From Octopus vulgaris (Eukaryota), in the NCBI GenBank assembly GCA_951406725.2, contig OX597814.1, positions 108,810,001 through 108,874,000 of the forward strand: 64,000 nucleotides of DNA, read 5' to 3'. Under the pieces are notes generated by a model that was given only the letters and a program-made list of their open reading frames with translations, had not been told where the DNA came from and searched no databases. Made by a program: the position numbers and the translations under genes. Below, one piece after another: positions 1-12,204 of this stretch. Numbering within the stretch: the stretch's first letter is position 1; each line of letters begins with the position of its first letter.

Positions 1-184
1 ACCATGGGATTGCACCTAGAAAGTTACCTTCCTAGATACAAGTCCGGGCAAGGTTGTTTATGGAAGGCCAGCAGTCGCCCATGCATACCAGCCTCCCCTC
101 CCCACGCCACCAGTGTTATCCAAGGGAAAGACAAAGGTCGATACAGCTTGGCACCAGTGACGTCGCAACTCATTTCTACAGCTG
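1..184. mobile_element. Fragment of an interspersed retroposon (RTE/SINE-related)
   Basis: GC-richer block (GATACAGCTTGGCACCAGTGACGTCGCAACT) recalled as resembling RTE-associated repeat sequence; cut by the window edge and a microsatellite. Confidence 0.4.
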
Positions 185-206
185 TATATATGTATGTTTG
201 TGTGTG

Positions 207-243
<37 letters not shown>

Positions 244-444
244 ATGTGTATATATGTGTATATGTATATAAGTTTGTGTGTGTGTGTATATATATATATA
301 TATGTATACATATATGTGTATATATATGTATGTGTATATATATATATGTATGTATGCATATATGTGTATATATATGTGTGTGTATATATATATGTATGCA
401 TATATATATATGTATGTGTGTGTGTATGTATATATATATGTATG

Positions 445-494
<50 letters not shown>

Positions 495-510
495 TACACA
501 CACACATGCA
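185..510. repeat. Compound (TA)n/(TG)n/(CA)n microsatellite
   Basis: Directly visible dinucleotide runs; source of the poly-YI/CV ORFs. Confidence 0.97.
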
Positions 511-936
511 CCTAGACTACTAAACTTGCAATGCGATAACAATCTGAAATACATTGCTAGTTCACCCTCAGCTATGGTTTACTTCCTCTCCCAACCGTAA
601 CTATCTTATACCATATTATCTTGCCCTCCTTTATCTTTGTCTTTCTCTCCCTCTTTATATGACTGTCTGTCTGAAGGTTTGTCTATGTGTATTTGTATGT
701 TTCTTATTGTATTTCTTCCTCTATACTAGTGTGTGTGTGTCTGTCAGTCTGTATATGTAGACACCCACGTCTATGCCTTCTCTGTGTCTCTTTATGTATG
801 TCTATGTCAATTCTCTGTTTGTATAACAGTATTCATATTATCGTGCTGGTTGTTCTCGTGTCTTCAGAGGTGCAATATATATATATATATATATACATAC
901 AGACACACACACACATATATGCATGGATACATACAT

Positions 937-980
<44 letters not shown>

Positions 981-983
<3 letters not shown>

Positions 984-1138
984 AGTGGCTGTGTGCTAAG
1001 TAGCTTGCTTACCAACCAAATAATTCTAGGTTCAATCCCACTGCATGGCACCTTGGGCAAATGTCTTCTTCTATAGCCTCAGGCCGACCAAGCCCTTGTA
1101 AGTGGTTTTGGTAGGTGGAAACTAAAAGAAGCCCGTCG

Positions 1139-1169
<31 letters not shown>

Positions 1170-1388
1170 GTGTATATATATATGTTTGTGTTTGTCCCCC
1201 CAACATTGCTTGGAAACTGATGCTGGTGTGATTACGTCCCCATAACTTAGAAGTTTGGCAAAAGACACTGATGGAATAAGTACTAGGCTTACAAAGAAAA
1301 AGTCTTGGTGTCGATTTGCTCGACTAAAGATGGAGCTCCAGCATGGTCACAGTCAAATGACTGAAACAAGTTAAAGAATAAAAGAATA
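981..1388 (+). mobile_element. tRNA-derived CORE-type SINE (family A) with internal microsatellite
   Basis: A-box TGGCTGTGTG, B-box GGTTCAATCCC, CORE-like ACCTTGGGCAA, internal (TA)n, tail CAGCATGGTCACAGTCAAATGACTGAAAC; more than 10 related copies in the window. Confidence 0.88.
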
Positions 1389-1445
1389 TATAAATATATA
1401 TCTACACACAGACACACACATATATGCATGCATACATACCTATAC

Positions 1446-1489
<44 letters not shown>

Positions 1490-1496
<7 letters not shown>

Positions 1497-2000
1497 TAAT
1501 TTGGGTTCAGCAAAAATTTGCTTCACCACATACCGAAATTTAGAAATAGCAGTTAAAACTAACTATTTCACTTCTATAAGAAAATCTCCCAGCAGCACCA
1601 TAGTCAACTACTACAAAGGTAAAGGTGACACTTTAGATACAAATAATTACAGATGTATCAAGTTGTTGGATCAGGTAATGAAGGTCACGTAGAGGGTCAT
1701 AGCCCAACTAATTAGGGAGAGAGTGAGTCTAGATGAGACACAGTGTGGGTTCATGCCAGAGAAAAAGCACCACTGATGTTATCTGGGAGATTTTCTTATA
1801 GTAGTGAAATAGTTAGTTTTAACTGCTATTTCTAAATTTTGGTAGGTGGTGAAGCAAATTTTTGCTCAACCCTAATTATAATTATACTCATAATTATAAA
1901 ATTTCATGCATAAGTTTTCCGATAATGGTTCTTTTAACATACCGAACTACTTGGTAAAATTATTAATTAATTAATTTTACCCTTTATTATTATTATGGAT
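1490..2000 (+). mobile_element. Fold-back PLE-like element: ~100-bp inverted arms (1490-1592 / 1783-1886) enclosing an RTE fragment
   Basis: Arms are reverse complements (TTAGAAATAGCAGTTAAAACTAACTATTTCAC / GTGAAATAGTTAGTTTTAACTGCTATTTCTAA); decayed hammerhead-like motif near 1915-1960. Confidence 0.6.
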
Positions 2001-2011
2001 GATATATATAT

Positions 2012-2192
2012 AGGGAGAGTTCACGAAAAAAACAAAAGACGAAGGCAGGTTGGTGTATAAAACAAACAGATGTATTAGTATAAAGCTCTGGAATTGAAAA
2101 AGTCTTTTACGTTTCGAGCCTATGCTCTTCTACAGAAAGGGACACAGAAAAAAAACAAGGAGAGAAAAAATATGTGTGTTGTAGCTACCGAT
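2012..2192 (-). mobile_element. PLE-like terminal repeat (family H2) with hammerhead-like motif
   Basis: Homologous to 29850-30035(+) and 48500-48680(+); minus strand reads cttt-CTGTAGA-A-gagc-atag-gctc-GAAACGTA-aaag. Confidence 0.7.
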
Positions 2193-2230
2193 ATATATAT
2201 ATATATATATATAGAAAGAGAGAGAAAGAG

Positions 2231-3915
2231 ATCAGGAATCAGTTATAACCTAGTCACCCGTATAGTTAACCAGGTGATACACGAAGGAGTCATACCCAAT
2301 GAAAGGTGTAGCAGTACCATAGTCAACTACTACAAAGGTAAAGGCGACGCTTTAGATACAAATAATTATAGAGGTATCAAGTTGTTGGATCAGGTAATGA
2401 AGGTAATGGAGAGAGTCAGTCTAGATGAGATACAGTGTGGGTTCATGTCAGGGAAAAGCACCACTGATGCTATATTTCTGGTAAGACAGCTGTAGGAGAG
2501 AAATACCTAGCTAAAGCTAAACCTCTGTTCTTGGCCTTTGTTGACATGGAGAAAGCCTTTGACAGGGTCCCCCAATCCCTTATCTGGTGGTCAACGAGGA
2601 AACTAGGGATAGATAAATGGTTAGTAAGAGCTGTGCAAGCCATGTATAGCGATGCTGTCAGTAAGGTGAGGGTTGGCAACGAGTATAGTGAAGAATTCCA
2701 GGTAGGGGCTGGGGTCACCAATGATTAGTTCTCAGCCCCCTCTTATTCATCATAGTCCTCCAGGCAATAACAGAGAAATTCAAGACAGGATGCCCCTGGG
2801 AGACTCTCTAAGCTGATGACCTTGCTCTAATTGCTGAGTCACTATCAGAACTAGAGGAAAAGTTTCAGGTGTGGAAGCAAAGATTAGAATCGAAGAGCCT
2901 TAGAGTGAACTTAGCTAAAACCAAAGTCTTAATAGGTAGGAAGGCAGGCAAACCACAAATCCCTTCAGGGAGATGACCCTGCTCGATCTGTAGAATAGGC
3001 GTAGGTAGAAACTCTAAGATGAACCAAGTGTAAGCTATGGACACATAAGAGGTGCAGCAATATCAAAGGAAGGTTAACTGAGAAAATAGTTTTTGTATGT
3101 GGCAGATGCTCAGGAGCAATAAACACTGAAAATGTGCAGAGAACAACCTCCGCCACATTCCAGGGAAAAAAACTAGAAGTAGTTGATAGCTTCTGTTACC
3201 TAGGTGACCAAGTCAGTAGCAGGGGTGGATGCTGTGATAGTGTAGCTGCTAGAAAAAGAATAGCCTGGGCAAAGTTCAGAGAGCTCCTACATCTGGTTGA
3301 GACAAAGAGCCTCTCGCTCAGAGTAAAAGGTAGACTGTATGATGCATGTGTACGAACAGCCATGCTACATGGCAGTGAAACATGGGCCATGACTGCTGAG
3401 GACATGCGTAAGTATGCAAAGAATGACGCCAGTATGCTCTGCTTGATGTGTAATGTCAGTGTGCATACATAACAGAGTATAAGTACCTTGAGAGAAAAGT
3501 TGGATTTAAGAAACATCAGATATGGTGTGCAAGAGAGACGACTGCGTTGGTATGCTTATGTGTTGCGAATGAATGAGGACAGCTCTGTGAAAAAGTGTCA
3601 CACCCTAGCAGTTGAGGGAATCTGTGGGAGAAGTAGACCCAAGAAGACCTGGAATTAGATGGTGAAGCATGACCTTCAAGCATTGGGCCTTACCAAGACA
3701 TTAACTAGTGACTGAGACCTTTGGAGATATGCTGTGCTTGAGTAGACCTGACAAGCCAAGTGAGACCAAAGCCCGTGGCCTATGCCAGTGGATGTAACCA
3801 GTCCGCATGAAAACTCCACATTCATTAGATAATAAACTTTGCTTGTGAAGACCTATTGAGGCAAGTGAAATCAAATCAAAATTGCTGACGTACTGCCTGA
3901 TTGGCACTCGTGCCA
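2231..3915 (+). mobile_element. 5'-truncated degenerate RTE-clade LINE (RT, PHD-like insert, C-terminus, part of 3' UTR)
   Basis: ORF fragments NYRGIKLLDQ, AFVDMEKAFDRVP, FCYLGD, MLHGSETW; many stops and frameshifts. Confidence 0.93.
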
Positions 3916-6900
3916 TCATCATCATCATTGTTTAACGTCCGTTTTCCATGCTAGCATGGGTTGGATGATTCGACCGGGGTCTAGGAAACCAGTAGGCTGC
4001 ACCAGGCTCCAGTCTGATCTGGCAGTGTTTCTACAGCTGGATGCCCTTCCTAACGCCAGCCACTCCATGAGTGTAATGGGTGCTTTTTACATGCCATTGG
4101 CATAGGGGCCGGAGGAGGCTGGCAAAGGCCACGATCGATTGGTGCTTTTTACATGCCACCGGCACAGAAGCCAGTCAGAGTGGCGCTGAGATTATCCATG
4201 TTCGGATGTTGCACAGGTATCACAACTACAATTTCCATTTGATTTTCATTTTGATGTTGATATACTTGACTCAATAGGTCTACTTAATAGCAGGTCGCCC
4301 ATGATCCAAGGTACTTTACAATGGGCTGGGGCTCCTTATGAGAAACTGATGTAGGATACAGCTGTGAACTCACTTCATTTGCCGGGTCTTCGCAGTCACA
4401 GCATATCTTCAGAGGTCTCAGTCTTTCATCATTGCCTCTGTGATGCCCAATGTTTGAAGGTTATGATTGACCACCTCATCCCATGTCTTCCTGGGTTTAC
4501 CTCTACCCCGGATTCCTTCAACTCTTTGGGAGTGGCACTTCTTCACACATCTCTCCTCATCCATCCGCAGTACATGACAATACAAGCGCAAACGTCTCTC
4601 TTGCATGCCACATCCGATGCTTCTTATGTCCAACATTTCTCTCAGGGCACTTACACTCTGTCGTGTGTGCACACTGACATTGCACACCCAGCAGATCATG
4701 CTAGCTTCATTTCTTTCGAGCCTACGCATGTCCTCCGCAGTAATGGCTCATGTTTCACTGCCATGAAGCATAGCAGTTCACACACATGCATCGTACAATC
4801 TACCTTTCACTCTGAGTGAGAGACCCTTTGTCACCAGTATGGGTAGAAGCTTTCTGAACTTTGCCCAGGCTATTCTTATTCTAGTGTTAACACTCTCTGA
4901 GCATCCACCCCCACTACTAACTTGGTCACCTATGTAGAAGAAGCTATCAACTACTAATAGTTTCTCCCCCTGGAGTGTGATGGAATCTGTTTTCTGAGCA
5001 TCTGTGATGTTTACTGCCCCTGTGTATCTGCCGCACACGAAAGCTATCTTCTCAGTTAATTTTCCTTTGATGTTGCTGCACCTCTTATGTGTCCATAGCT
5101 TACACTGGGTACATCTTATGGAGTTTCTACCTACACTTTTTCTACAGATCGAGTAGGGCCACCTATCTGAGTGGGGTGTGTGATGTGTTTGCCTCTCTAC
5201 TTACTAGAACTTTGGTCTTAGCTACATTGACTCTAAGGCCTTGTGATTCTAAACCTTGCTTCCACACCCGAAATTTCGTTTCTAGTTCCGGTAGTGATTC
5301 TGCTATGAGGGCCAGGTCATCAGCATAGAGGAGCTCCCAGGGCAACCCATCTTGAATTCCTCTGTTATTGCCTGGAGGACTATGATAAATAGGAGGGGAC
5401 TGAGGACTGAACCTTGGTGGACCCCAACCTCTACCCGGAATTCTTCACTGTACTCGTTGCCAACCCTCACCTTACTAGCAGCATCTCTGTACATGGCTCG
5501 CACAGCTCTCACTAACCATTCATCTATCCCTAGTTTCCTCATTGACCACCAGATAAGGGATCGGGGGACCCTGTCGAAGGCTTTCTCCATGTCAACAAAA
5601 GCCAGGTACAGGGGCTTATCTTTGGCTAGGTATTTCTCCTGCAGCTGTCTTACCAGGAATATAGCATCAGTAGTACTTTTTCCTGGCACGAACCCAAACT
5701 GCATCTCATCTAAGCTAACTCTCTCTAATTAGTTGGTCTATAACTCTCTCCGTAACCTTCATTATCTGATCCAGCAGCTTGATACCCCTGTAGTTATTTG
5801 TATTTAGGGTGTCACCTTTACCTTTGTAGCAGTTGACTATTATGCTGCTACACCAGTCATTGGGTATGACTCCTTCGTGTATCACCTGGTTAACTATACG
5901 GGTGACTAGGCTATAGCCGACACTACCAGATATTTTGAGCATCTCTGCAGTAATTCCTGATGGGCCTGGGGCTTTCCCTGTTTTCATGCTTGTAATTGCC
6001 TTAACTACTAAGGAACTGTCAACTCGGATTGCTGGTCCCTCTGTTGGGTCAACATTCGGCAGACTCTCTTTATCCCATTCATTTTCCTCATTCAGCAGCC
6101 TTTCATAGTGGCGTCTCCAAGCCTCTCTCTTTGCATCCTCATTTAGCGCAAGTGAACTGTCATCCTTGCGAACACATTTCTCTCCTACCATGTCACGATT
6201 CTCTCTCACACACTGTCTTGCAACATGAAATACCTCAAGTCTTTCATCCTCACGGCGCAGAACATTGGCAAATTTTTTCTTATCTGCTTCCCCTCTGGCT
6301 AAATACACCTGCCTCCTAGCTTCCCTTCTGGCAGTCTGATACACTTCCCTGCTACCACCGTTCTTCCAGTCCTTCCAAGCCTGTTTCTTTTGTCTAATAG
6401 CCCTGTCAACAATATTGTTCCACCACTACGTTATTTTGGGTCTTGAGGGGACTTTGCACCAGCCACAGATCTGGTCAGTGGCTTTCAGCAGGTTGTCCCT
6501 TAGAAGCGTCCAGTTGTCTTCTACCCCATGTGTAGCTATACCCCCTTCTATTTCGTCAAAGGCTTCAAGTAACATGTCTCTAAATCTCTGTCCATTCACA
6601 GGGTCTTTAAGCTTCCAGACCCTTCTTCTCCATGCTGGTCGTCTTCTAGTCGTCCTCTTAGTCCTGATCCTAAAGTCACTAACTACCAGTCTATGTTGTG
6701 GGGTACATTCTTCGCCTGGGAAGGTTTTGGCATTTATAAGCAGCCACCTTTCCCTTTTTCTGGCAAGGATGTAGTCGATTTGGCTAGTATGCCGGCCCGA
6801 TCGGTAGGTGACCAGGTAGCTTGTCGGTTTCCTGAAGTTAGTGTTGCAAACCATAAGACTATTCGCATCGCAGAACTCCAGCAGCCTGGTTACCTCCTCG

Positions 6901-7520
6901 TTGCGGGAACCATAACCGTAGCCTCCATGTACGCCATGGAAGCCCCCAGCATATCGTCCAACATGCCCATTGAAGTCACCAGCCACAAAGAGAAGGTCCC
7001 TGTCATTCGTCAATGAGGTGGTCTGCAGTAGGGTGTCATAGAAATGGTCTTTCTGTCCATCGGGTAGCTCTGGCTGAGGGGCATAGGCCGATATAATAGT
7101 TGCTAAACTATGATGGAGCACTAATCTAATCTTAAGTATTCTGTCACATACTCTGACTACCTCGATTACCTTATCTACCCATTTTGCGGCGATAAGTATA
7201 CCCACACCCCCGACCCCATCAGTATTCCCAGCCCAGAAAATCTTGTACCTCTCTCCTTTGCCTGTGAGGAACCTAGCAGAACCTCCTCTCCACCTCACTT
7301 CTTGAATGCAGCATATATCAACACACCTCCGTTCAAGCAATTCAACGATCTCGCCAGATCTGCCTTTCAGTGTGCCAACGTTGAGGGTGCCAACCCCGAT
7401 GGTGTGGGAGATATTGGCCCTAGTAGCGTCATGAACCTGAAAAGAAAACTCGCGTTTGGCAGGATTCATAGACAAACAATAAAACTCAAGTTCAAACCGC
7501 ATACACTACACTAACATATC
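3915..7520 (-). mobile_element. Near-full-length RTE-clade LINE (APE endonuclease + reverse transcriptase), disrupted; (GAT)n tail
   Basis: APE motifs TLNVGTL, CIQEVRW, SAYAP, GDFNGHVG, QIDYIL in 6426..7502; RT motifs KTGKAPGP, DMEKAFDRVP, GVHQGSVLSP, LLYADDL; one nonsense codon at ~6427 and several frameshifts; 3' UTR ends in GATGATGAT at ~3915. Confidence 0.96.
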
Positions 7521-7911
7521 TTGCAATGAATGACCACTACCTTTTATGAAAGGAGGTGGGGGTGGTGTAAGACTTTGAAGTGTACATGGGAGACAACAAG
7601 GATGAGAAAATTTAGGACTTCCTGTACCGGTGGAGGGGGTGGGAGGGCGGGTGCACCGCAAAAACTAGCAGCCATGTACGCCATTCCTTTCTTGGAAAGG
7701 AATACTTATTAGTAGGTATAAAATACCTAAATTTGAGAGAGAGATATTTTGCAGATTTATGGGAGATGCGTGAGCTATATTTATCTTAGCGATAAGGAGC
7801 TATAAAATTATAAATATATTTATTCTATATTTAACGAGATGTGAGGCTGATCGATAAAATTAGGGGGTGAGCTATAGGATTATATATATATTTAACACAA
7901 GACATGAGACA

Positions 7912-7939
<28 letters not shown>

Positions 7940-7946
<7 letters not shown>

Positions 7947-10200
7947 CTTTAATAACTCAATAGCACCACCTGGCGAAGTCTTTTAGTGATATATGGAGCA
8001 CCACAACCCACTCTAACAAAGAGTTATTATTGTTGGAGACATATCCGGGTGTAAGAGGTTGGTCCGAGATTTTGTGAAGAAATTTGTCCAGTGAACATTT
8101 GAATTTTATGGGATCCATTTCTGTTTTGACGTATTTTGGTATGGTATTAAAGAGAGCTGGACCAGTTGAGGTAAAGGAATTGTGATGTAATGTTGCTATG
8201 TGTACCAAGTTCGATTTTTGTAGTGAGCGGATAACATGGAAGTCTAGTCTTGGATGGATTTTAAAATTGATGCCAACATCATTTGTGCAATATTGATGGA
8301 ATATTTTTCACATAACACAAATGATGTAATGCGCCCGGTGGCATTGGAAAGAGAAGAAATTGATTGTTTTTAGTCAACCCAAATAATCAATGTCTCTCAT
8401 GCCATCTATATTTCTTATTGTGAGCCTCTGGAGTGCTACTCTCATAATGAATTGTTTCATATGGGGGAACCACAGTGGGCAACAGTACTCAAGGTGGAGT
8501 TGGGCAAAAGTAGAGTAGAGAAGGATGATGGTGCAGGCATCTCTAGACCGGAAAGTTCTCAGAATCCAGGAGCACATCTTGTGGGCCAAGTCAACCTTGC
8601 TGTTTACATGGGAACTCCAGCTTAGATTGTTATCAAGGTCTCTAGTGTTGTTGGATGACACTAGGGAGTCACCCAAGGGAAGGACATATGGTAGTTTCAG
8701 AGCATCCTCTTTTCCAAAGAAGATCAAATTAAACTTATCTTCATTTAAAAGCATATTGTTTTTTCCACTCATTGGACAGTAGCAAATAGATCTGACTGAA
8801 GGCATGTTCGGTCTCTCATGCCATTTATGGCTTTCTGGAGTTTGGAATCATCTGTAAAGATTTTCAATGTAGAATGTTTGATGACGTCTACTATGTCATT
8901 GATTAAATGATGAAGAGGAGTGGGCCCTACACAGTACTGACTTTGGTTGAGCTGGATCGTATTCCCTCAAACACAACATGTTAGGTTCTGTTCGTCAGGA
9001 AACACTTCATCCACTGCAGCAGCTTTCCATGGACTCCAATGTTGGACAGTTTCTTCAGCAGGATTTTGTGGTCCATTCTGTCAAATGCCTTGCGGAAATC
9101 AAGGTATATGATATCAGTGTTGGAGCCTTCTCCCAATGCTTTTAAGATGTCATCAAAATGGTGCAGAAGCCGCGACAGACAGTCCCTGCCATGACAGAAA
9201 CCATGCTGGTTGGAGTTCAGCAGATTGTTGTCTTTGAGGAAGTGAGTTATTCACGATCTCACCACCCTCTCAAATACTTTAATGATATGAGAAGTGAGTT
9301 AAATCAGACAGTAGTTCACTGGAAGAGATTTGTTTCCCTTTTTGAAGACTGAAATGACAGACTGGAAAAGAAAATGATCAGGAATGTAGCCTGCATGAAG
9401 TGAGTTTCTCTAGCGCTCAGCTAGTGACTTCAGGATAGTGGCTAGGAACTTATCGGGACCTACTGCTGAGTTGCGCTTGATCTTATCTATTTCTCTTAGG
9501 ATATCAGCAGCACCAAAAGTTATGTCAGATATGGTTAGTTGAGGGTTTACATCACTGATACTAGCCAGATCAACCACATTAGCGTTACTGAAGACAGAGC
9601 AGTATTGTTTCTGCAATATCTCACACAAGGATTTTGCATCATCATGTAGAGTGTTGTTCTCATCAACCAGAGGACCAACAGTGGAAACGGCGTCTTTATG
9701 TGTTTTTGCAAATGAAAAGAACATTTTGAGATTGAGTTTTATTTTCTCAATGGCCCAACTCTCCTCAGCTGCTCTTTGACTGTTAATGATGGTCATCATA
9801 CTTTTTTGGAGGTCGTGTTTTTCCAATTCAAGTGATGCAATGGCAGTCGAATGGGTGAGTTGCTGCTGGCAGTATTTAAGTTGGTTGATTTTCTTGTTAA
9901 TTGTTTTTATTTTTCTGATAATTGCTCTTCTATTTCTAGGGATTCTGCACTTAGATTTGTATACTGATCTTAATGGTATATGTTTTGTGCATATGTGTCA
10001 TTGTATCTACAAACGTCTGCCATGATGTGTTTATGTTGGAGGGGGGGTGTGCATGCATGAAGGCCCAATCAACTTGTGAAAGATCATGATTGACTGCATC
10101 CCAGACTGTGTTAAGAAGATCCATAGTGTCAAATGGATGGACTGAAGAGATGTTACTGGATTTGATCTTTGGGTGGTAGAATCTCAGATTGCTGAGAACC
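7940..10200 (-). mobile_element. Degenerate CR1-type LINE ORF2 fragment
   Basis: Minus-strand peptides FFSFAK..VGPL, ILQKQYCSVFS, SAVGPDKF, DFRKAFDR..H.ILLKKL, HLEYCCPLWFPH, GPALFNTIP; abuts (TA)n at its 3' end. Confidence 0.88.
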
Positions 10201-10202
10201 AT

Positions 10203-10964
10203 GTCATGTGTTTGCGTGTCCATGTTTGTGTGTGCATGCATGTGTTTGTATATGTATGCACCTCTGTCTCCTTGTGTGTGTTTTGCAACTATGTACCATG
10301 TTTGTATATATGGATGTGCATCTCCATATGTGTGGACACACGTCTCCATATGTGTCCTTGTGTGAAGTAAAGTGTGTGTGTGTGTGTGTGTGTATATATG
10401 GTCATGTATTTCAGTCTCCATTTGCATATGTGTGCTTGACTGTTCATATAACCTATGTACCTATACGTCTGTATATCTTCATATCCATATGCTTCCATAC
10501 ATATGCATATATACATATACCCAATACTAAATAGGAAATATACATAATAGATATCATACCCCCATACCCACAGTTTACACAGGTAGAATAGTTAGAGTAG
10601 AATAGTTAGTGGGCTGTTATGTAGATAGATGTATGTATGTGTGTGAGTGTGGGTGTAAGTATATATGTGTGTATATGCACATGTATGTAAGCATATGGAT
10701 ATGAAAATATACAGACGTATAGGTACATAGGTTATATGAACAGTCAAGCACGCATATGCAAATGGAGACTGAAATACATGACTATATATACACACACACA
10801 CACTTTACTTCACACAAGGACACATATGGAGACATGGGTCCACACATATGGAGATGCACATCCATACATACAAACATGGTACATAGTTGCAGAACACACA
10901 CGCACAAAACACACTCAGACATGCACACACAAGGAGACAGAGGTACATACATATACAAACACAT

Positions 10965-11003
<39 letters not shown>

Positions 11004-11325
11004 TAAAAAACACACAAACATGGACACGCAAACACATGACTATGCAGAATACACACATACATATATACATATGCACACACACATATATGCATACACACAC
11101 ATGTATGCATGCATAGGCACACACACTGACCCACACACATGCGCACAAACAAACAAAAAAGAACACAGTGTAAATAACGGACAGAGTCAAGACTTTTGAA
11201 AAGGTTGCAAGATGCAACAAAAATTTTAGGAGAATAAAAATAAGAAATCAGTGGAAATTTTACCGGTGAGTGTGTTAAATTATAAGGCACAAACAGAAAA
11301 TGACTCTCCCCAGACACAACAGTAT
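10203..11325 (+). mobile_element. Fold-back element with CA-rich body and PLE-like terminus
   Basis: 10203-10520 is the reverse complement of ~10670-11040; the terminal part recurs inverted at 37865-38280. Confidence 0.7.
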
Positions 11326-11416
11326 ATTTATATATATATGTGTGTGCGTGTTAAATAAAATGACAACAGAGCCAAGGTAGAGTGAAATTTCTAGGACCTT
11401 TATAAAGAGAGAGGTA

Positions 11417-11464
11417 GTCTTACAGCTGTTTCAGAGATATAAAGGATTTCCCTTCATCAGAGAC
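11417..11464 (-). ncRNA. Minimal type I hammerhead ribozyme
   Basis: Minus strand GUCU-CUGAUGA-AGGGA..UCUCU-GAAAC-AGCU-GUA-AGAC: intact core, stem I GUCU/AGAC, stem II, palindromic ACAGCUGU stem III, GUA cleavage triplet. Confidence 0.8.
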
Positions 11465-11941
11465 GATATGAGAGAGTTAAATGGAAGGGAATAGTAGAGT
11501 TCAATATAAAGAGTTATACTGGAAAGGGAGAGATATAGGAAAGATAAAGGGAAATATGAGAATAAAAATAAAGATATATGTTGGATGTTACAGTTGCAGT
11601 TCCATTATCCAAGGAATGTGTTGTGTAGAATGGGTAAAGAAGCTTCTTACCTATTGTGTGTAAATTCCAGTAGGTGTTCATATTTTGTTATTACAAATGG
11701 ATACTGTGCAGGTAATAACAAAATATGAACACCTATTGGAATTTACACACAATAGGTAAGAAGCTTCTTTACCCGTTCTACACAGCACATCCCTTGGATA
11801 ATGGAACTGCTACTGTAACATCCAACATATATCCTTATTTTTATTCTCATATTTCCCTTTATCTTTCCTCTATCTCTCCCTTTACAGTATAACTTCTGAT
11901 ATTGAACGTTACTATTCCCTTCTATTTAACCTTCTCATATC

Positions 11942-11989
11942 GTCTCTGATGAAGAGAAATCCTTTATATCCATGAAAAAGCTGTAAGAC
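11942..11989 (+). ncRNA. Decayed hammerhead copy in the opposite arm
   Basis: GTCT-CTGATGA-...-GAAAAAGCTGTA-AGAC; C after GAAA mutated to A and stem II weakened. Confidence 0.55.
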
Positions 11990-12204
11990 TACCTCTCTCT
12001 TTATAAAGGTCCTAGAAATTTCACACTACCTTGGCTTTGCTATCTCATTTTATTCAACATATACACACTCACACACAACCCACGTTAGACTCCTCACTCA
12101 TACTATTGTCGAACCGGGAGTTTAACAGCGGTCCTTCCATGGCACTTACATAGCCTTACCTACCTTGTGGGTCTTCTGGATACCAAAACCTCTCGTATAT
12201 ATAT

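Larger units (their letters stand above)
11350..12058. mobile_element. ~710-bp palindromic PLE-derived element (two ~345-bp inverted arms, 17-bp loop)
   Basis: 11350-11694 vs 11712-12058 are reverse complements with scattered mismatches; each arm has a hammerhead motif near its outer end. Confidence 0.85.

Noticed and set aside
4-1000. Overlapping 68-198 aa ORFs on both strands
   Set aside because: Dinucleotide microsatellite artefacts, as are those at 10173-11317, 30789-31164 and 37980-38386
981-1060. tRNA gene
   Set aside because: A and B boxes belong to a SINE head; no cloverleaf, and it continues into the SINE body
4364-7016. Plus-strand ORFs overlapping the long RTE
   Set aside because: Antisense shadows of the minus-strand LINE ORF
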